Of a stretch of 64,000 bases of DNA, positions 39,107-48,934 are shown one piece after another. Numbering within the stretch: position 1 is the first letter of the stretch; the number at the start of each line of letters is the position of its first letter. The DNA is taken from contig CAWGAA010000003.1 of assembly GCA_963820525.1 (NCBI GenBank), forward strand, positions 448,001 through 512,000, written 5' to 3'. Made by a program: the position numbers and the translations under genes. The DNA comes from an uncultured Spirochaetota bacterium (GTDB lineage Bacteria; Spirochaetota; Spirochaetia; SZUA-6; Fen-1364). The notes beneath the pieces were generated by a model. It searched no databases, was not told the DNA's origin, and saw nothing but the letters and a program-made list of their open reading frames with translations.

Positions 39107-39278
39107 GCCTACACCTCCGCTATCCTGTTTCAGGCGGCAGGCTCCGCGCGACGCGCCGCTCCCGATATTCTTCTAGTCTAGCGCCAATCTCCGCCGTGTC
39201 AAGGTTCGATGGTTTTTTTTCGAGGGATGCGGCGCTGCTTTTCACTGTGCATCCGTTCGTGCTACATTGGAGACAGAC

Positions 39279-39416
39279 ATGATTTATCTCATCTACAAAG
39301 ACGGAGAAATCCTCGTCGAAACGGACGATATCGAGTTCGTCAAGGACTACGTGAAGACAGACCCCGAGTGTTCGGTTCGCGACGCACGCACGGGAAAAAA
39401 GATCCCCCTCGAGTAG
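39279..39416 (+). CDS. Small hypothetical protein (45 aa, not in ORF track)
   Basis: GGAG RBS; MIYLIYKDGEILVETDDIEFVKDYVKTDPECSVRDARTGKKIPLE; GC3-rich codons; fills an intergenic gap. Confidence 0.7.
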   Translation: MIYLIYKDGEILVETDDIEFVKDYVKTDPECSVRDARTGKKIPLE

Positions 39417-39434
39417 GACCGCCATTCGAGGCTG

Positions 39435-40142
39435 CTACCCTGCCTTGTGCTCCACCCGACCGTCTCCCCGGCCAATGAGAAGCTCCGGTTTCTTCTTGGT
39501 GAAAAGGCCGTCTTCCAGGACTCCTGGAATAAGCTTCAGCTCCTCTTCAAGCGCGCGCGGGTCGAACTCTGCATGGAACGCGGCATCGAGGAGGAGATTC
39601 CCGAGATCGGTAACCACGGGCCCCGCCTTCTTCACAGCCGTTCGAAGCAGGACTTCGGCGCCCATTGCTTTCAGGGCGCGAGTAACGGTGGCCAGCGCGG
39701 CGGGGACGACCTCGACGGGAATGGGGAAGCGATGGCAAAGTCTCGGGCTGAGCTTCGTCTCGTCGGCGACCACAAGAAAACGCCGGGAGGCATAGGCGAC
39801 GATCTTCTCCAGCAGGAGCGCGCCTCCGCCGCCCTTGATGAGGTTGTAGCTGGGATCGATCTCATCCGCGCCGTCAATGGTGAGATCCAGCCCGTCCGAC
39901 ATGGCGGCATCGTTGAGCGTGAGCACGGGAAGCCCAAGCGACCGCGCCTCCATCTCGGATTGGAGACTCGTAGTGACGACCCTGATGCCGTTGAGCTCCC
40001 CTCGCCGGTAACGTTCCGCCACTCGTCGAATAGTCCAGACGGCAGTCGATCCAGTACCCAGGCCAAGCTTCATGCCGTCAACGACAAACCTGTCGGCGGC
40101 CTCGAAACCCACTCGCCTCTTCTTCGCCTCACTGTCGTGCAT
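39435..40142 (-). CDS. rpiA: Ribose-5-phosphate isomerase A
   Basis: GLGTGST, DGADE and IKGGGGALLLEK. Confidence 0.96.
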   Translation of the reverse strand: MHDSEAKKRRVGFEAADRFVVDGMKLGLGTGSTAVWTIRRVAERYRRGELNGIRVVTTSLQSEMEARSLGLPVLTLNDAAMSDGLDLTIDGADEIDPSYNLIKGGGGALLLEKIVAYASRRFLVVADETKLSPRLCHRFPIPVEVVPAALATVTRALKAMGAEVLLRTAVKKAGPVVTDLGNLLLDAAFHAEFDPRALEEELKLIPGVLEDGLFTKKKPELLIGRGDGRVEHKAG

Positions 40143-40205
40143 TTCTCACCTTCGTATCCAAGAAGGAATGGAATCTGTATACTATGAAAAGAAGGAGCCC
40201 GTACA

Positions 40206-41327
40206 GTGGATTCCATCCTCTCGCGGATCTCCTTCCTGGAGTTTCTCGAGCAGATCCCGGACGGCCTGTTCATCACCGACGCCGAGCGGCGCATCGTATA
40301 CTGGAACGGGGCGGCCCGGGAGCTGGCCGGCTTCTCCCGGGAAGAGATGATCGGCAAGCATTGCTTCGACGCCGACACCCTCAACTTCCGCACGCTTCTG
40401 GATCATGAGCTCTGCGGTGAGGAGAGCTGCCCCGTGTTCGAATCCGTGCTCACCAACCGCTCCCCCTTTCTTCCTTCAATCGTCATGATGAATACCAGGA
40501 GCGGAAAGCTTACACCAATATCCCTTTCCGTCGGACCGCTCACCGACGCCTCCGGCGAGGTGATCGGAAGCATCGGCCTGTTCCGCGGCATGCGAGAGGA
40601 GTACCAGCAGCGGAGGCTCGCGCTGGAAATCCAGAAAAGGACAATCACCGGCGGCGCATTTGCCCGGGGCGGCGTTCGAGTGCAGACTCTCTATTCTCCC
40701 GTGGAGGAGATCGGCGGCGACTACATCGAGGCGTTTTTCCTGGATGACGGCTCCCTGGTGGCCACGGTGGCCGACGCCACGGGGCATGGGATGTCCGCAT
40801 CCCTGTTCACGATGATCTACAAGACGCTCCTGCATTCATCCCTCGGCAATCACCTGTCCCCCAGGGAAGTGCTCACCGAGGTAAACCAGGGTTTTCTCAA
40901 GCTTGCGGGGATCGAGGGATACTACCTGTGCGCGTGCATCGTCCGCTTCGATCCGAAGACGGGGAAGGGCACCTACTCGTCCGCCGGCCACCCGGAAGGG
41001 CTCATCTTCGAAAAGGACGGGGAAGGCTATTCCCTGCGGCGGAAGCTGCACATCGTGTCTTTCATGCTCGGAATCGAGGAGGACACGCGCTTCGAGGAGC
41101 TGGAGTTCTCTCTCCAGAGCAGCGAGTTCCTCCTTCTCGCCTCGGACGGCCTCTTCGAGTCGGAATGCATCAACGGAATGGCGTTCGGCGTGCCGGGGGT
41201 CCAGCGCTTCTTCGCCCGGCATCAGGGTGAGCGCCCGCTGGAGGAGCTGCTTGCCGCGGTGCGGAACGAAAGCAAGTTCGTGCGGCTGCTCGATGACGTA
41301 AGCATGCTCGCCGTCTGGCGGGAATGA
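40206..41327 (+). CDS. PAS + SpoIIE/PP2C phosphatase (RsbU-like)
   Basis: PAS IVYWNGAARELAGFSREE; GGDY, VADATGHG, SAGHP, SDGLFE and DD. Confidence 0.9.
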   Translation: MDSILSRISFLEFLEQIPDGLFITDAERRIVYWNGAARELAGFSREEMIGKHCFDADTLNFRTLLDHELCGEESCPVFESVLTNRSPFLPSIVMMNTRSGKLTPISLSVGPLTDASGEVIGSIGLFRGMREEYQQRRLALEIQKRTITGGAFARGGVRVQTLYSPVEEIGGDYIEAFFLDDGSLVATVADATGHGMSASLFTMIYKTLLHSSLGNHLSPREVLTEVNQGFLKLAGIEGYYLCACIVRFDPKTGKGTYSSAGHPEGLIFEKDGEGYSLRRKLHIVSFMLGIEEDTRFEELEFSLQSSEFLLLASDGLFESECINGMAFGVPGVQRFFARHQGERPLEELLAAVRNESKFVRLLDDVSMLAVWRE

Positions 41328-41361
41328 CAGGGGATAAACCGAGCGGGAGGAAATCAAGCTC

Positions 41362-41982
41362 ATGCCGATAATGAGAAAAGTGAAACTCCTCGCCCCGGTG
41401 ATTCTCGCCCTTTCCATCCTCCCCGCCTTCGGCCTGCAGGAAGGCTTCGCCTCGTGGTACGGGGGGAAGTTCAACGGCCGCCTCACGTCGAGCGGCGAGG
41501 TCTTCGATACCAACGAAAAGACCGCGGCGCACCGCACCCTTCCCTTCGGCGCCATCGTCAAGGTCGTGAACCTGGATAACGGCAAATTCACCATCGTGAA
41601 AATCAATGACCGGGGGCCGTTCGTCGATGGAAGGATCATCGACCTTTCCCGGGCCGCCGCCCAGGAGATTGGAATGGTGGCCCAGGGGGTTGCCCGCGTA
41701 AGCCTCGAGGTGCTCGACTACGCGGCCAGCAAGGACACCTTTGCCGTCCAGGTGGGGGCCTACAACCTGGAGTGGAACGCAGAGAAAGCGGGCAAGCGTC
41801 TCGAGGACGCGGGATTCATGGTTTTCCTCGATAAGAATCCTCTGGGGATCACCCGGGTGGTGGTGCGGGGACTGGATGATAAGAACCTTGCGATGGCAAA
41901 GCAGAAGCTCGTATCTCTCGGGTTCAAGAATCTCGTCGTACGAAGGGAGAAACCCGAGGCGAGAGAAGCATCCGCGGAATGA
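41362..41982 (+). CDS. rlpA: RlpA-family lytic transglycosylase (DPBB + SPOR)
   Basis: ASWYG, TAAHRTLPFG and INDRGPF..RIIDLS; VQVGAY SPOR domain. Confidence 0.92.
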   Translation: MPIMRKVKLLAPVILALSILPAFGLQEGFASWYGGKFNGRLTSSGEVFDTNEKTAAHRTLPFGAIVKVVNLDNGKFTIVKINDRGPFVDGRIIDLSRAAAQEIGMVAQGVARVSLEVLDYAASKDTFAVQVGAYNLEWNAEKAGKRLEDAGFMVFLDKNPLGITRVVVRGLDDKNLAMAKQKLVSLGFKNLVVRREKPEAREASAE

Positions 41983-42025
41983 CCGGCTCGCGTGATCCTG
42001 CAGCGGCCGCTCACCGGGTGAGTTG

Positions 42026-42766
42026 TCAGGAGATCCGGATGTCGGTGTGGGTCTTGGTGAGGAGCCTCCCGTAGAATACCCTGAAGATGTTGTTCAGGGC
42101 GTAGATGTACCCCGTTCGAACAACACCTTCCTTGAGCAAGCGCCTCGCCGAAGAAAACATTGAAAGCCGCAATGTGAAGGTGACCCTGCCCACGCGGGTG
42201 AGACGGGTGGCGACGTCCGCGTCCTCCCCGTAGAACTCGATAGCGGTGTTGTAGCCGCCGATCCGGTCGAAAGCTTTCCTTCGAACGGCGAAGTTGCCGC
42301 CCTGCACCATGGCTCCGGACTTGAAAATGTACTGGCTGATGAGATTCGAAACGACTCCGAAACAATAGTAGAACAGAACGACGATCCTTTTGACTTGGGG
42401 CAGATCGTAGTACATGAACGGGCCGCTCAGGCAGGCCAGCCGCCGGTCCCTATCGAAAGAGCGGATGACCTTCCCCGCCCAGCCCGGAGGAACGCGCGTA
42501 TCCGCGTCCAGATTGGCGATGATCTCGCCCTTCGACTCGAGGTAGCCCCTGTGGCGGGCGGCGGAAAGTCCCCTGCACGGCTCGCGGACCACTCTGACCC
42601 CCGCGAATCCCGCCGCTATGCACCCGGTGCGGTCCGTGCTGCCGTTGTCCACGACGACGATCTCCGCGTCGAGGTGAAATCTATGGATCTCGCGTATCAC
42701 GGATTTGAGACAGTCGCCGATGCAGCTTTCCTCGTTCAACGCGGGGATCACGAAACTCAATTTCAT
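42026..42766 (-). CDS. Glycosyltransferase family 2
   Basis: VIPALNEE, VVDNGSTD, DAD and GED. Confidence 0.93.
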   Translation of the reverse strand: MKLSFVIPALNEESCIGDCLKSVIREIHRFHLDAEIVVVDNGSTDRTGCIAAGFAGVRVVREPCRGLSAARHRGYLESKGEIIANLDADTRVPPGWAGKVIRSFDRDRRLACLSGPFMYYDLPQVKRIVVLFYYCFGVVSNLISQYIFKSGAMVQGGNFAVRRKAFDRIGGYNTAIEFYGEDADVATRLTRVGRVTFTLRLSMFSSARRLLKEGVVRTGYIYALNNIFRVFYGRLLTKTHTDIRIS

Positions 42767-42776
42767 ATCGCGGGTG

Positions 42777-42837
42777 AGTATAAGTAAGGGGCCCGCATTT
42801 GTAAACCGTTGACACGTGCCATGGGCGCGGATAGAAT
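42777..42837. promoter_or_regulatory. Back-to-back sigma70 promoters for tRNA-Arg (+) and GT2 (-)
   Basis: Plus strand TTGACA(42809)-17-TAGAAT(42832); minus strand TTTACA(42805)-17-TATACT(42782). Confidence 0.8.
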
Positions 42838-42854
42838 CTCCGTCCGGTACGATT

Positions 42855-42928
42855 GCCCCAGTAGCTCAGCTGGATAGAGCGACGGTTTCCTAAACCGTAG
42901 GTCGGATGTTCGAGTCATCTCTGGGGCA
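42855..42928 (+). tRNA. tRNA-Arg(CCT)
   Basis: Acceptor GCCCCAG/CTGGGGC; D-arm GCTC/GAGC; anticodon stem ACGGT-TTCCTAA-ACCGT; TTCGA T-loop; CCA not encoded. Confidence 0.96.
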
Positions 42929-42956
42929 GCCCCTCCATCGAAAAGGACACACGTTC

Positions 42957-45311
42957 GTGAACAGGTTCATTGTCCGACTCGTCGAGATCTCTCAACGTCA
43001 TGCCCGCCTCGTCATGGCGGCAGCGGCTCTCGTCACCCTCGTTCTCGGCTTCTTCGCCCTGCGCATCCGCGCAAACCCCGACATCGCGAATCTCATCCCC
43101 CAGGACGCGCGGGTGACACGGCTTCTCCAGAAGTACGGAGCGCAGAGCTCCAACACCGACTTCCTCATCATCATCGCGGAAGCGCCGGATATCTTCTCCC
43201 TGCCAAAGCTCACGGCCCTGGACAGGGCATATCGCGCGATTGAGACAATCCCGACGGTTTCCGCGGGGGTCACGCCGTTCAGCTTCATCACCTTCGCAAA
43301 GAGCGGAACCCGCCTCGCCTTCGCCGCCTTGTCCGGCGGCCAGGCCGCACCTGCCACGGAGGAAGCGCTGGAAACCTTCAAGCGGAAGATCGCATCGGAT
43401 CCCCTGGCGCGAAACCTTGTGATTTCAGCCGACGGAACATCCCTGTGCGCCATCTTTCCCGTGAAGATCCAGGACGACTACGGCGAAGTGCTCGCCTCCG
43501 TGGAGCGAATCATCGACCCCGTGAAGCCCGGGATGGACATTCGTATTGCCGGCGCGCTGCCCTACAACCGGGCCGTGCTCACCCACCTCTCCACGGACCT
43601 GCCCATCTTTCTCGCCGTGTCGCTGGCCATCATCCTCATCTCCTATTACCTGAGCTTCCGCACGCTGCGCTCCTTGATCCTTCCCGTGCTCGTGGTCGTT
43701 CTTGGCACCGTGTGGACGATCGGTGCGATGCAGATTCTGGGGTTCAAGATCACCGTCATCCAGATCATGACGCCGCCCCTGGTGCTCATCCTTGGAAGCG
43801 CCTACAGCATCCACGTGCTCAACCAGTACTACAGGGAGTCACGCACCAGCGGGACGGACAAGCATTGGATCGTCGATTCGGTGGGACACATCAACACGAC
43901 CATCTTCCTGGCCTCATCCACCACCGTGTTCGGCTTCGCGAGCCTCCTTACCGCCTCTCTTCGCCAGCTGCGGGAGTTCGGCATCGCCACCAGCATCGGG
44001 ATCGCGTTTTGCGCCATTCTTGCCCTCTTCTTCCTCCCCGCCGCCCTCTCGCTTCTCTCTCCTCCCACGGCGGTCCAAAGGAACCGGGTCCTGGAGGGTT
44101 TCATCACGCGGCACATGGGGCGCCTGGCGGACACCATCATGAGAATGCGGTTCCTCGTCCTCGGGGCGGCCCTTGCCATCCTGGTGGCATTCGTCTTCAG
44201 CCTCGGCGGCGTGCGCTACGAGACCGATTTCACCCGCTACTTCCGCTCCACGGAGAAGGCGGTAGAAGACAACCGGCGCCTCGTCGAGAAGTTCGGCGGC
44301 TTCGTGACGTTGAACTACAGCCTTGCCGCGCCGCAGGGGGCGGCCGGCTACTTCCTGGATCCGGCGGTGCTTCGAGAGATTTCCCGCTTCGAAGACCGTC
44401 TGGCCGCCGACGCCGACATTCCCTATGTTTCCTCCTTCTCGACGTACGTGAAGGCAATGAACGCGGCGATGACGGGAAACGCGGAGGTGCCTGAGACCCG
44501 GCCGCTCATCCTCCTTCTCTCCCGCTATTTCGGCGCCCTGGCGGGAACGCCGATGGGGAAAAACGTCACCGGCGTGTTTCTGAACAAGGATTTCTCCCGC
44601 TACACTGTCGTGGTGCGGGTATTCGACAGCAAGAACAACAACATCGCCTTCGAATCCCAGATCCGAAAGATCATCGGCCGCATCCAGAGCACGGCGCGGG
44701 AGACCTTGCCCGCCGGGCTTACGGGCGAGTTCTGGGGCCCGACCATCTCCATCCTCTACCTCTCCGACGTGCTCACCTGGAACCAGATCTCCTCGATCCT
44801 CTCTTCGGCGGTCCTGGTGTTCCTCATCTCGGCACTGGTATTCCGCTCCGCCAAGCTCGGCCTCCTGGTGCTCGCTCCCCTCGCCAGCGGCATCATGCTC
44901 ACCTTCATCGTCATGGCCGTCTTCTCCATCCCGCTGGACGTGGTCACCATCACCTTCGCCTCGATCGCGATCGGAATCGGAGTGGACAACGCCATCCACC
45001 TCGCAATCCAATACCGCAGGCAGAGAAAGATCTACCCGCTGGACGCGGAGAAAACCATCGAGCACACGCTGAAGATCGGCGGCCGGCCCATGCTTCTCAC
45101 GACGCTGTCCATCGTCGCGGCGCTGCTGGTGTTCGTGTTCTCCAGCTTCAGGCCCGTGCTCTACTTCGGCATCCTCATCTCGGTATCGCTTTTCATGACG
45201 ACCGCCGGGGCGCTCGTTCTCCTCCCCGTGCTTCTGTACTTCGACGCGAGGCGGCAGGTTCGAAAGGCACGGCTTGCGGAGAAGCCGGAAGCGAAAAGCG
45301 CGGTCGGCTGA
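42957..45311 (+). CDS. MMPL/RND-family membrane transporter
   Basis: Duplicated TM architecture; GSAYSIHV and GIGVDNAIH; GTG start at 42957. Confidence 0.88.
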   Translation: MNRFIVRLVEISQRHARLVMAAAALVTLVLGFFALRIRANPDIANLIPQDARVTRLLQKYGAQSSNTDFLIIIAEAPDIFSLPKLTALDRAYRAIETIPTVSAGVTPFSFITFAKSGTRLAFAALSGGQAAPATEEALETFKRKIASDPLARNLVISADGTSLCAIFPVKIQDDYGEVLASVERIIDPVKPGMDIRIAGALPYNRAVLTHLSTDLPIFLAVSLAIILISYYLSFRTLRSLILPVLVVVLGTVWTIGAMQILGFKITVIQIMTPPLVLILGSAYSIHVLNQYYRESRTSGTDKHWIVDSVGHINTTIFLASSTTVFGFASLLTASLRQLREFGIATSIGIAFCAILALFFLPAALSLLSPPTAVQRNRVLEGFITRHMGRLADTIMRMRFLVLGAALAILVAFVFSLGGVRYETDFTRYFRSTEKAVEDNRRLVEKFGGFVTLNYSLAAPQGAAGYFLDPAVLREISRFEDRLAADADIPYVSSFSTYVKAMNAAMTGNAEVPETRPLILLLSRYFGALAGTPMGKNVTGVFLNKDFSRYTVVVRVFDSKNNNIAFESQIRKIIGRIQSTARETLPAGLTGEFWGPTISILYLSDVLTWNQISSILSSAVLVFLISALVFRSAKLGLLVLAPLASGIMLTFIVMAVFSIPLDVVTITFASIAIGIGVDNAIHLAIQYRRQRKIYPLDAEKTIEHTLKIGGRPMLLTTLSIVAALLVFVFSSFRPVLYFGILISVSLFMTTAGALVLLPVLLYFDARRQVRKARLAEKPEAKSAVG

Positions 45312-45391
45312 TCCGGCTGGATTGGATGACGGCCCCCTACCCTGGGCAAAAAAGCACCCCCGTGAAGGCCCCGCGAGGTCGAGAGAAACCC

Positions 45392-46126
45392 TTACTTGTA
45401 GGCGAGCGAGTAGTCCAACGGCTTGTCCAGGATCAGCACGCGAAGAAGCGGCACCTTGAAGATCACCGAGTCTCCGGAAACCGTTCCTCCGGACTGGGAA
45501 ACGATCTCGCCTTCCGGCTTTACGGTGAGCACCACGTTGGACTTCAGGAGCTGGGCGGGACCGTCGGAGCCGAGGGAAAACTCGATCATCTTGAGATATT
45601 CCGCCGCGCTCACCGGTTGGCCGGCCTGGGGCCCCATGCCGGCAAAGAGCGGATCCGACAGCACGGGAAAGAGCGCCGCGAGCCTGCCGTAGTTCTGCTT
45701 GTCCAGATGCACTTTCATGGTCTTCACGCCGGCCGCTTCTGAAAACACAACCACGCCCGTTGTCTTGAAGCTGTTATCCGTGAATACATCCTCGATCGAG
45801 GTGTAGGAGAGATTCACCTCGAGGGTATTCTTTGTGGGAGTGGCCATCTGGGTGACAGTGACGCCGGGCCTGTCTTCGAAGGTCTTTCTGATTTCCTTGA
45901 GGTCGAAGACCTGGTCCTCTTTGACCATTTCAGTCTTTCCCGCCACCTCCTCAAGGTTGAGGAAATATTCTCGAAGAGCCTTGGAGAGCTCGATCTTGAG
46001 GCTCGCCGAGCCGGATCCGTCGCTCTTGATCGTCATGGACTGGCTAATCGAACATGAGATCGCGGCAGAGGCCAATCCAAAGGCCGCCAGAGCCCTCCAG
46101 AGGTGCAGCAATCGCCTGAAAAACAT
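45392..46126 (-). CDS. Hypothetical lipoprotein
   Basis: Signal peptide ending AIS-C; IKSDGSGS. Confidence 0.7.
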   Translation of the reverse strand: MFFRRLLHLWRALAAFGLASAAISCSISQSMTIKSDGSGSASLKIELSKALREYFLNLEEVAGKTEMVKEDQVFDLKEIRKTFEDRPGVTVTQMATPTKNTLEVNLSYTSIEDVFTDNSFKTTGVVVFSEAAGVKTMKVHLDKQNYGRLAALFPVLSDPLFAGMGPQAGQPVSAAEYLKMIEFSLGSDGPAQLLKSNVVLTVKPEGEIVSQSGGTVSGDSVIFKVPLLRVLILDKPLDYSLAYK

Positions 46127-46197
46127 GCGGAAACGGTAAACGGATTCACCCGCAGCGTCAAGCTGAACGTGTTGGGGCGCCGCCTTGCCCGCCCGAC

Positions 46198-48030
46198 ATG
46201 AAACCGATAGTATCCGTTTCGATGCTCACCATCCGCCTGGAGCCTTCGGGAGAAGTCATCACGGCACGGCGAGGCGCCCGCCTTCGCGAAGTGCTTCAAA
46301 GCGCAGAAGTTCTCCTGGACTACCCCTGCGGCGGCAAGGGAAGCTGCAGGCAGTGCCGCGTCCTCGTGAGCCCACCGCCCGAATCCGGCAAAGGAAAGCT
46401 CGCGGAGAGCGAGATCGGCATCGGAATGAGGCTGGCATGCCAGATCACGCTGGAAACCGATTGCACCGTCACCATCCCCGAAGCCCGCCTCTCGCGAAAG
46501 CTCTGGAAACGGGGAGGACGGGATGAGGACGTGCGGATTCCCGAAGGCGCATCCTCCATCAGGCGCCTGGAGCTGGAGCTTCCCGAGCCCACGTTGGAAG
46601 ACCAGAGGGCGGACTGGGAGCGGCTTTCCCGTGAGCTGAAATCGAAGGGGGTGCGGACCGGCAGCCCGGATACCGGTACGCTGGAGCACCTTTCACGAAC
46701 CCTGCGAAGGTCAGGATGGGCGATCGAGACGCTGAGCGAGGAAGAGGATTTCCTCTGGGCCCGAGAGCGCGGGGGGGAGCGGGCCCTCGGCTTTGCCGTG
46801 GACCTGGGCACGACCACCGTCGACATGGCGCTCGTCGATCTTGAAAGCGGCAGGCTCCTGGGGCGCTCGGTCCTTCTCAACCGCCAGGCGTCTTTCGGGG
46901 CGGATGTCATCTCCAGGGCGGAGAGCTTCGCCGCGGACGGCGAGGCGGTTCGAAAAGCCGCGCTGGACACACTAGCGGAAGGCGCCGCCTTGATATTCGA
47001 AGAAACCGGCTCAAAGCCTGCCCAGATATTGAAAACCGTTGTCGTGGGCAACCCGATCATGATCCACATCTTCCATGGCCTGGACCCACGTCCGCTCACC
47101 TTCTCTCCTTACATCCCCGCGATCTCCGCCGCCGTCCGCCGTCTCCCGCGGGATTTCCCCTTCCCGTTCCAATGCCATGGCTCCGTGGAGAGCCTACCCA
47201 TCGTCTCCGCCTACATCGGGGCGGACACCGTGGGCATGATCGCCTCCCTTGGCCTGGATCGGGAGAAAACCACATCGCTCGCCATCGACATAGGGACAAA
47301 CGGTGAGATCGTGCTCGCGCGGGACGGCCGCATCCTCGCCACCTCCACGGCCGCGGGCCCCGCCTTCGAAGGCGCCCAGATCTCCTGCGGCATGCGGGCG
47401 CTGGAAGGCGCCATCTACGGCGTGTCGATTGTTGAGGACGGCACCCTGGTCTCCCTGGTGGTGGGCGGCGGCAGCCCCGAAGGGATATGCGGTACGGGGC
47501 TCGTGAGCGCCGTTGCCCAGATGCTGGACTGCGGAGTACTCGACTCGAGCGGGAGGCTTTCGGATCCTAAAGAAGTCACTCTCCCGCCGCTCTCGCGGCG
47601 CCTCTGCATCCGAGACGGCGAGAAGGCCTTTGTCTTGGATGACGAGGGACGGGTGTTCATCACCCAGACCGACGTCAGAAAGCTCCAGCTCGCAAAGGGC
47701 GCCATCCGGGCGGGAATCGAAACGCTCCTGGAGATCTCCGGGCTTGCCATCGAACAGATTGACGCGGTGCGGCTTGCGGGGAAGTTCGGCGCGGGTCTCG
47801 ACGCCACGGCTGCGATGCGGATCGGCCTGATCCCGCCGGTGGACCCCCGGAAGGTTGAGGCGGTAGGAAATGCGGCTCTTCGCGGCGCGGTCCTCTGCCT
47901 CCTCTCCCGGGAGCACGCCCGAAGGGCATGGAGCATCGCCGAGCGCACCGAGCTCATCGAGCTGGGGGCACGGCGGGACTTCCCGGCCCGATTCGCCGAT
48001 GCAATGATGTTCCCGGCTCAGGGGGAGTGA
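46198..48030 (+). CDS. ASKHA-domain reductive activator of corrinoid proteins (RACo/DUF4445) with N-terminal 2Fe-2S domain
   Basis: CGGKGSCRQC..RLAC; VDLGTTT, FGADVISR, IDIGTNGE, AGPAFEG, GICGTG and QLAKGAI. Confidence 0.92.
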   Translation: MKPIVSVSMLTIRLEPSGEVITARRGARLREVLQSAEVLLDYPCGGKGSCRQCRVLVSPPPESGKGKLAESEIGIGMRLACQITLETDCTVTIPEARLSRKLWKRGGRDEDVRIPEGASSIRRLELELPEPTLEDQRADWERLSRELKSKGVRTGSPDTGTLEHLSRTLRRSGWAIETLSEEEDFLWARERGGERALGFAVDLGTTTVDMALVDLESGRLLGRSVLLNRQASFGADVISRAESFAADGEAVRKAALDTLAEGAALIFEETGSKPAQILKTVVVGNPIMIHIFHGLDPRPLTFSPYIPAISAAVRRLPRDFPFPFQCHGSVESLPIVSAYIGADTVGMIASLGLDREKTTSLAIDIGTNGEIVLARDGRILATSTAAGPAFEGAQISCGMRALEGAIYGVSIVEDGTLVSLVVGGGSPEGICGTGLVSAVAQMLDCGVLDSSGRLSDPKEVTLPPLSRRLCIRDGEKAFVLDDEGRVFITQTDVRKLQLAKGAIRAGIETLLEISGLAIEQIDAVRLAGKFGAGLDATAAMRIGLIPPVDPRKVEAVGNAALRGAVLCLLSREHARRAWSIAERTELIELGARRDFPARFADAMMFPAQGE

Positions 48031-48084
48031 GCCTTCGCGCCGCGCCCGCTCGACGTGGGGCCGCGGCCCGGCTCTCCCTGTGGG

Positions 48085-48765
48085 CTACCCCCGGGCGCGC
48101 TGGGTTCCGATCTTTCCCTGAAAAAGCCCGCCCTTGGGCTGGCATGTGAACCAGCGGCCGGAGATCTTCCTCCCCTTCTCCTCCATGGTCTTCTCTATGA
48201 AGAGGGCGAACTCTTCGGGAGTCACTCCAAAGGATTGGAAGGCGTTCATCGTGAGGCCGCTGTCCACGTACGCGTCGATCAGTGAAGTGGCAAAGCCCTT
48301 GAAGCCCTCCCGGATGGCCCGCTCGAGAGCCGGTACGTAGCCGTCCTGGGGGCGAGTCGAGAAGCTCACCAAAGCGAGCAGGCCGCGCTGGGCCTGGAGA
48401 AAATGAGACAACAGCTCGCGCACGAGGAAGACCGTGGGCTTGAGGAAGTAGTCGAATGCCTTCTCGATCTCCGAGGAGGGGAGCTCGTGCACCGGCACCG
48501 CCGATGCGCGCGGAACGTCCAGAACGAGCGCCTCGTCAATGGAAGGGAAGGTGTTGAGCGCGGTAACGATAATGTTCCGCGCCGAAACGGGAGACCTTCG
48601 ATTCCAGGGGATCACGAGGTCCGCCTTTGCCGCCGGGGACCCCGGAATATCGCGGCTCTCCGGCGACGAGGTCGTCGCCACCCGCCACCCCTTGAACGAG
48701 AAGAGGCGTATCAGCTCGCATCCCAGCGCCGTGTCTCCATCCGTAATAAGGAGGGTCCGCTCCAT
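48085..48765 (-). CDS. Hypothetical protein, degenerate SDR-like Rossmann fold
   Basis: TLLITDGDTALG N-terminus; no YxxxK. Confidence 0.6.
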   Translation of the reverse strand: MERTLLITDGDTALGCELIRLFSFKGWRVATTSSPESRDIPGSPAAKADLVIPWNRRSPVSARNIIVTALNTFPSIDEALVLDVPRASAVPVHELPSSEIEKAFDYFLKPTVFLVRELLSHFLQAQRGLLALVSFSTRPQDGYVPALERAIREGFKGFATSLIDAYVDSGLTMNAFQSFGVTPEEFALFIEKTMEEKGRKISGRWFTCQPKGGLFQGKIGTQRARG

Positions 48766-48830
48766 ACGCAGGCGATACTATCCCGCGGGACACCGGCGGT
48801 CAACTCAAAGCGGAGCATCGTGCGACAAAA

Positions 48831-48904
48831 GCCGGCGGCGGGCAGCCGCGCCCGAGGACTGACCTGATGGCCGGCGGCGGGCAGCCGCGGTCTGAGGATT
48901 GCCC
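48831..48904. repeat. Two-copy 39-bp-period direct repeat upstream of nadE
   Basis: GCCGGCGGCGGGCAGCCGCG at 48831 and 48870, each followed by GAGGA(C/T)TG. Confidence 0.8.
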
Positions 48905-48934
48905 CGCGCACCCATTCGCTGATAGATTCATTCC

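Noticed and set aside
42855..42928. tRNA-Arg as an island integration site
   Set aside because: I saw no duplicated tRNA 3' end and no integrase, and the flanking genes look like core genes.
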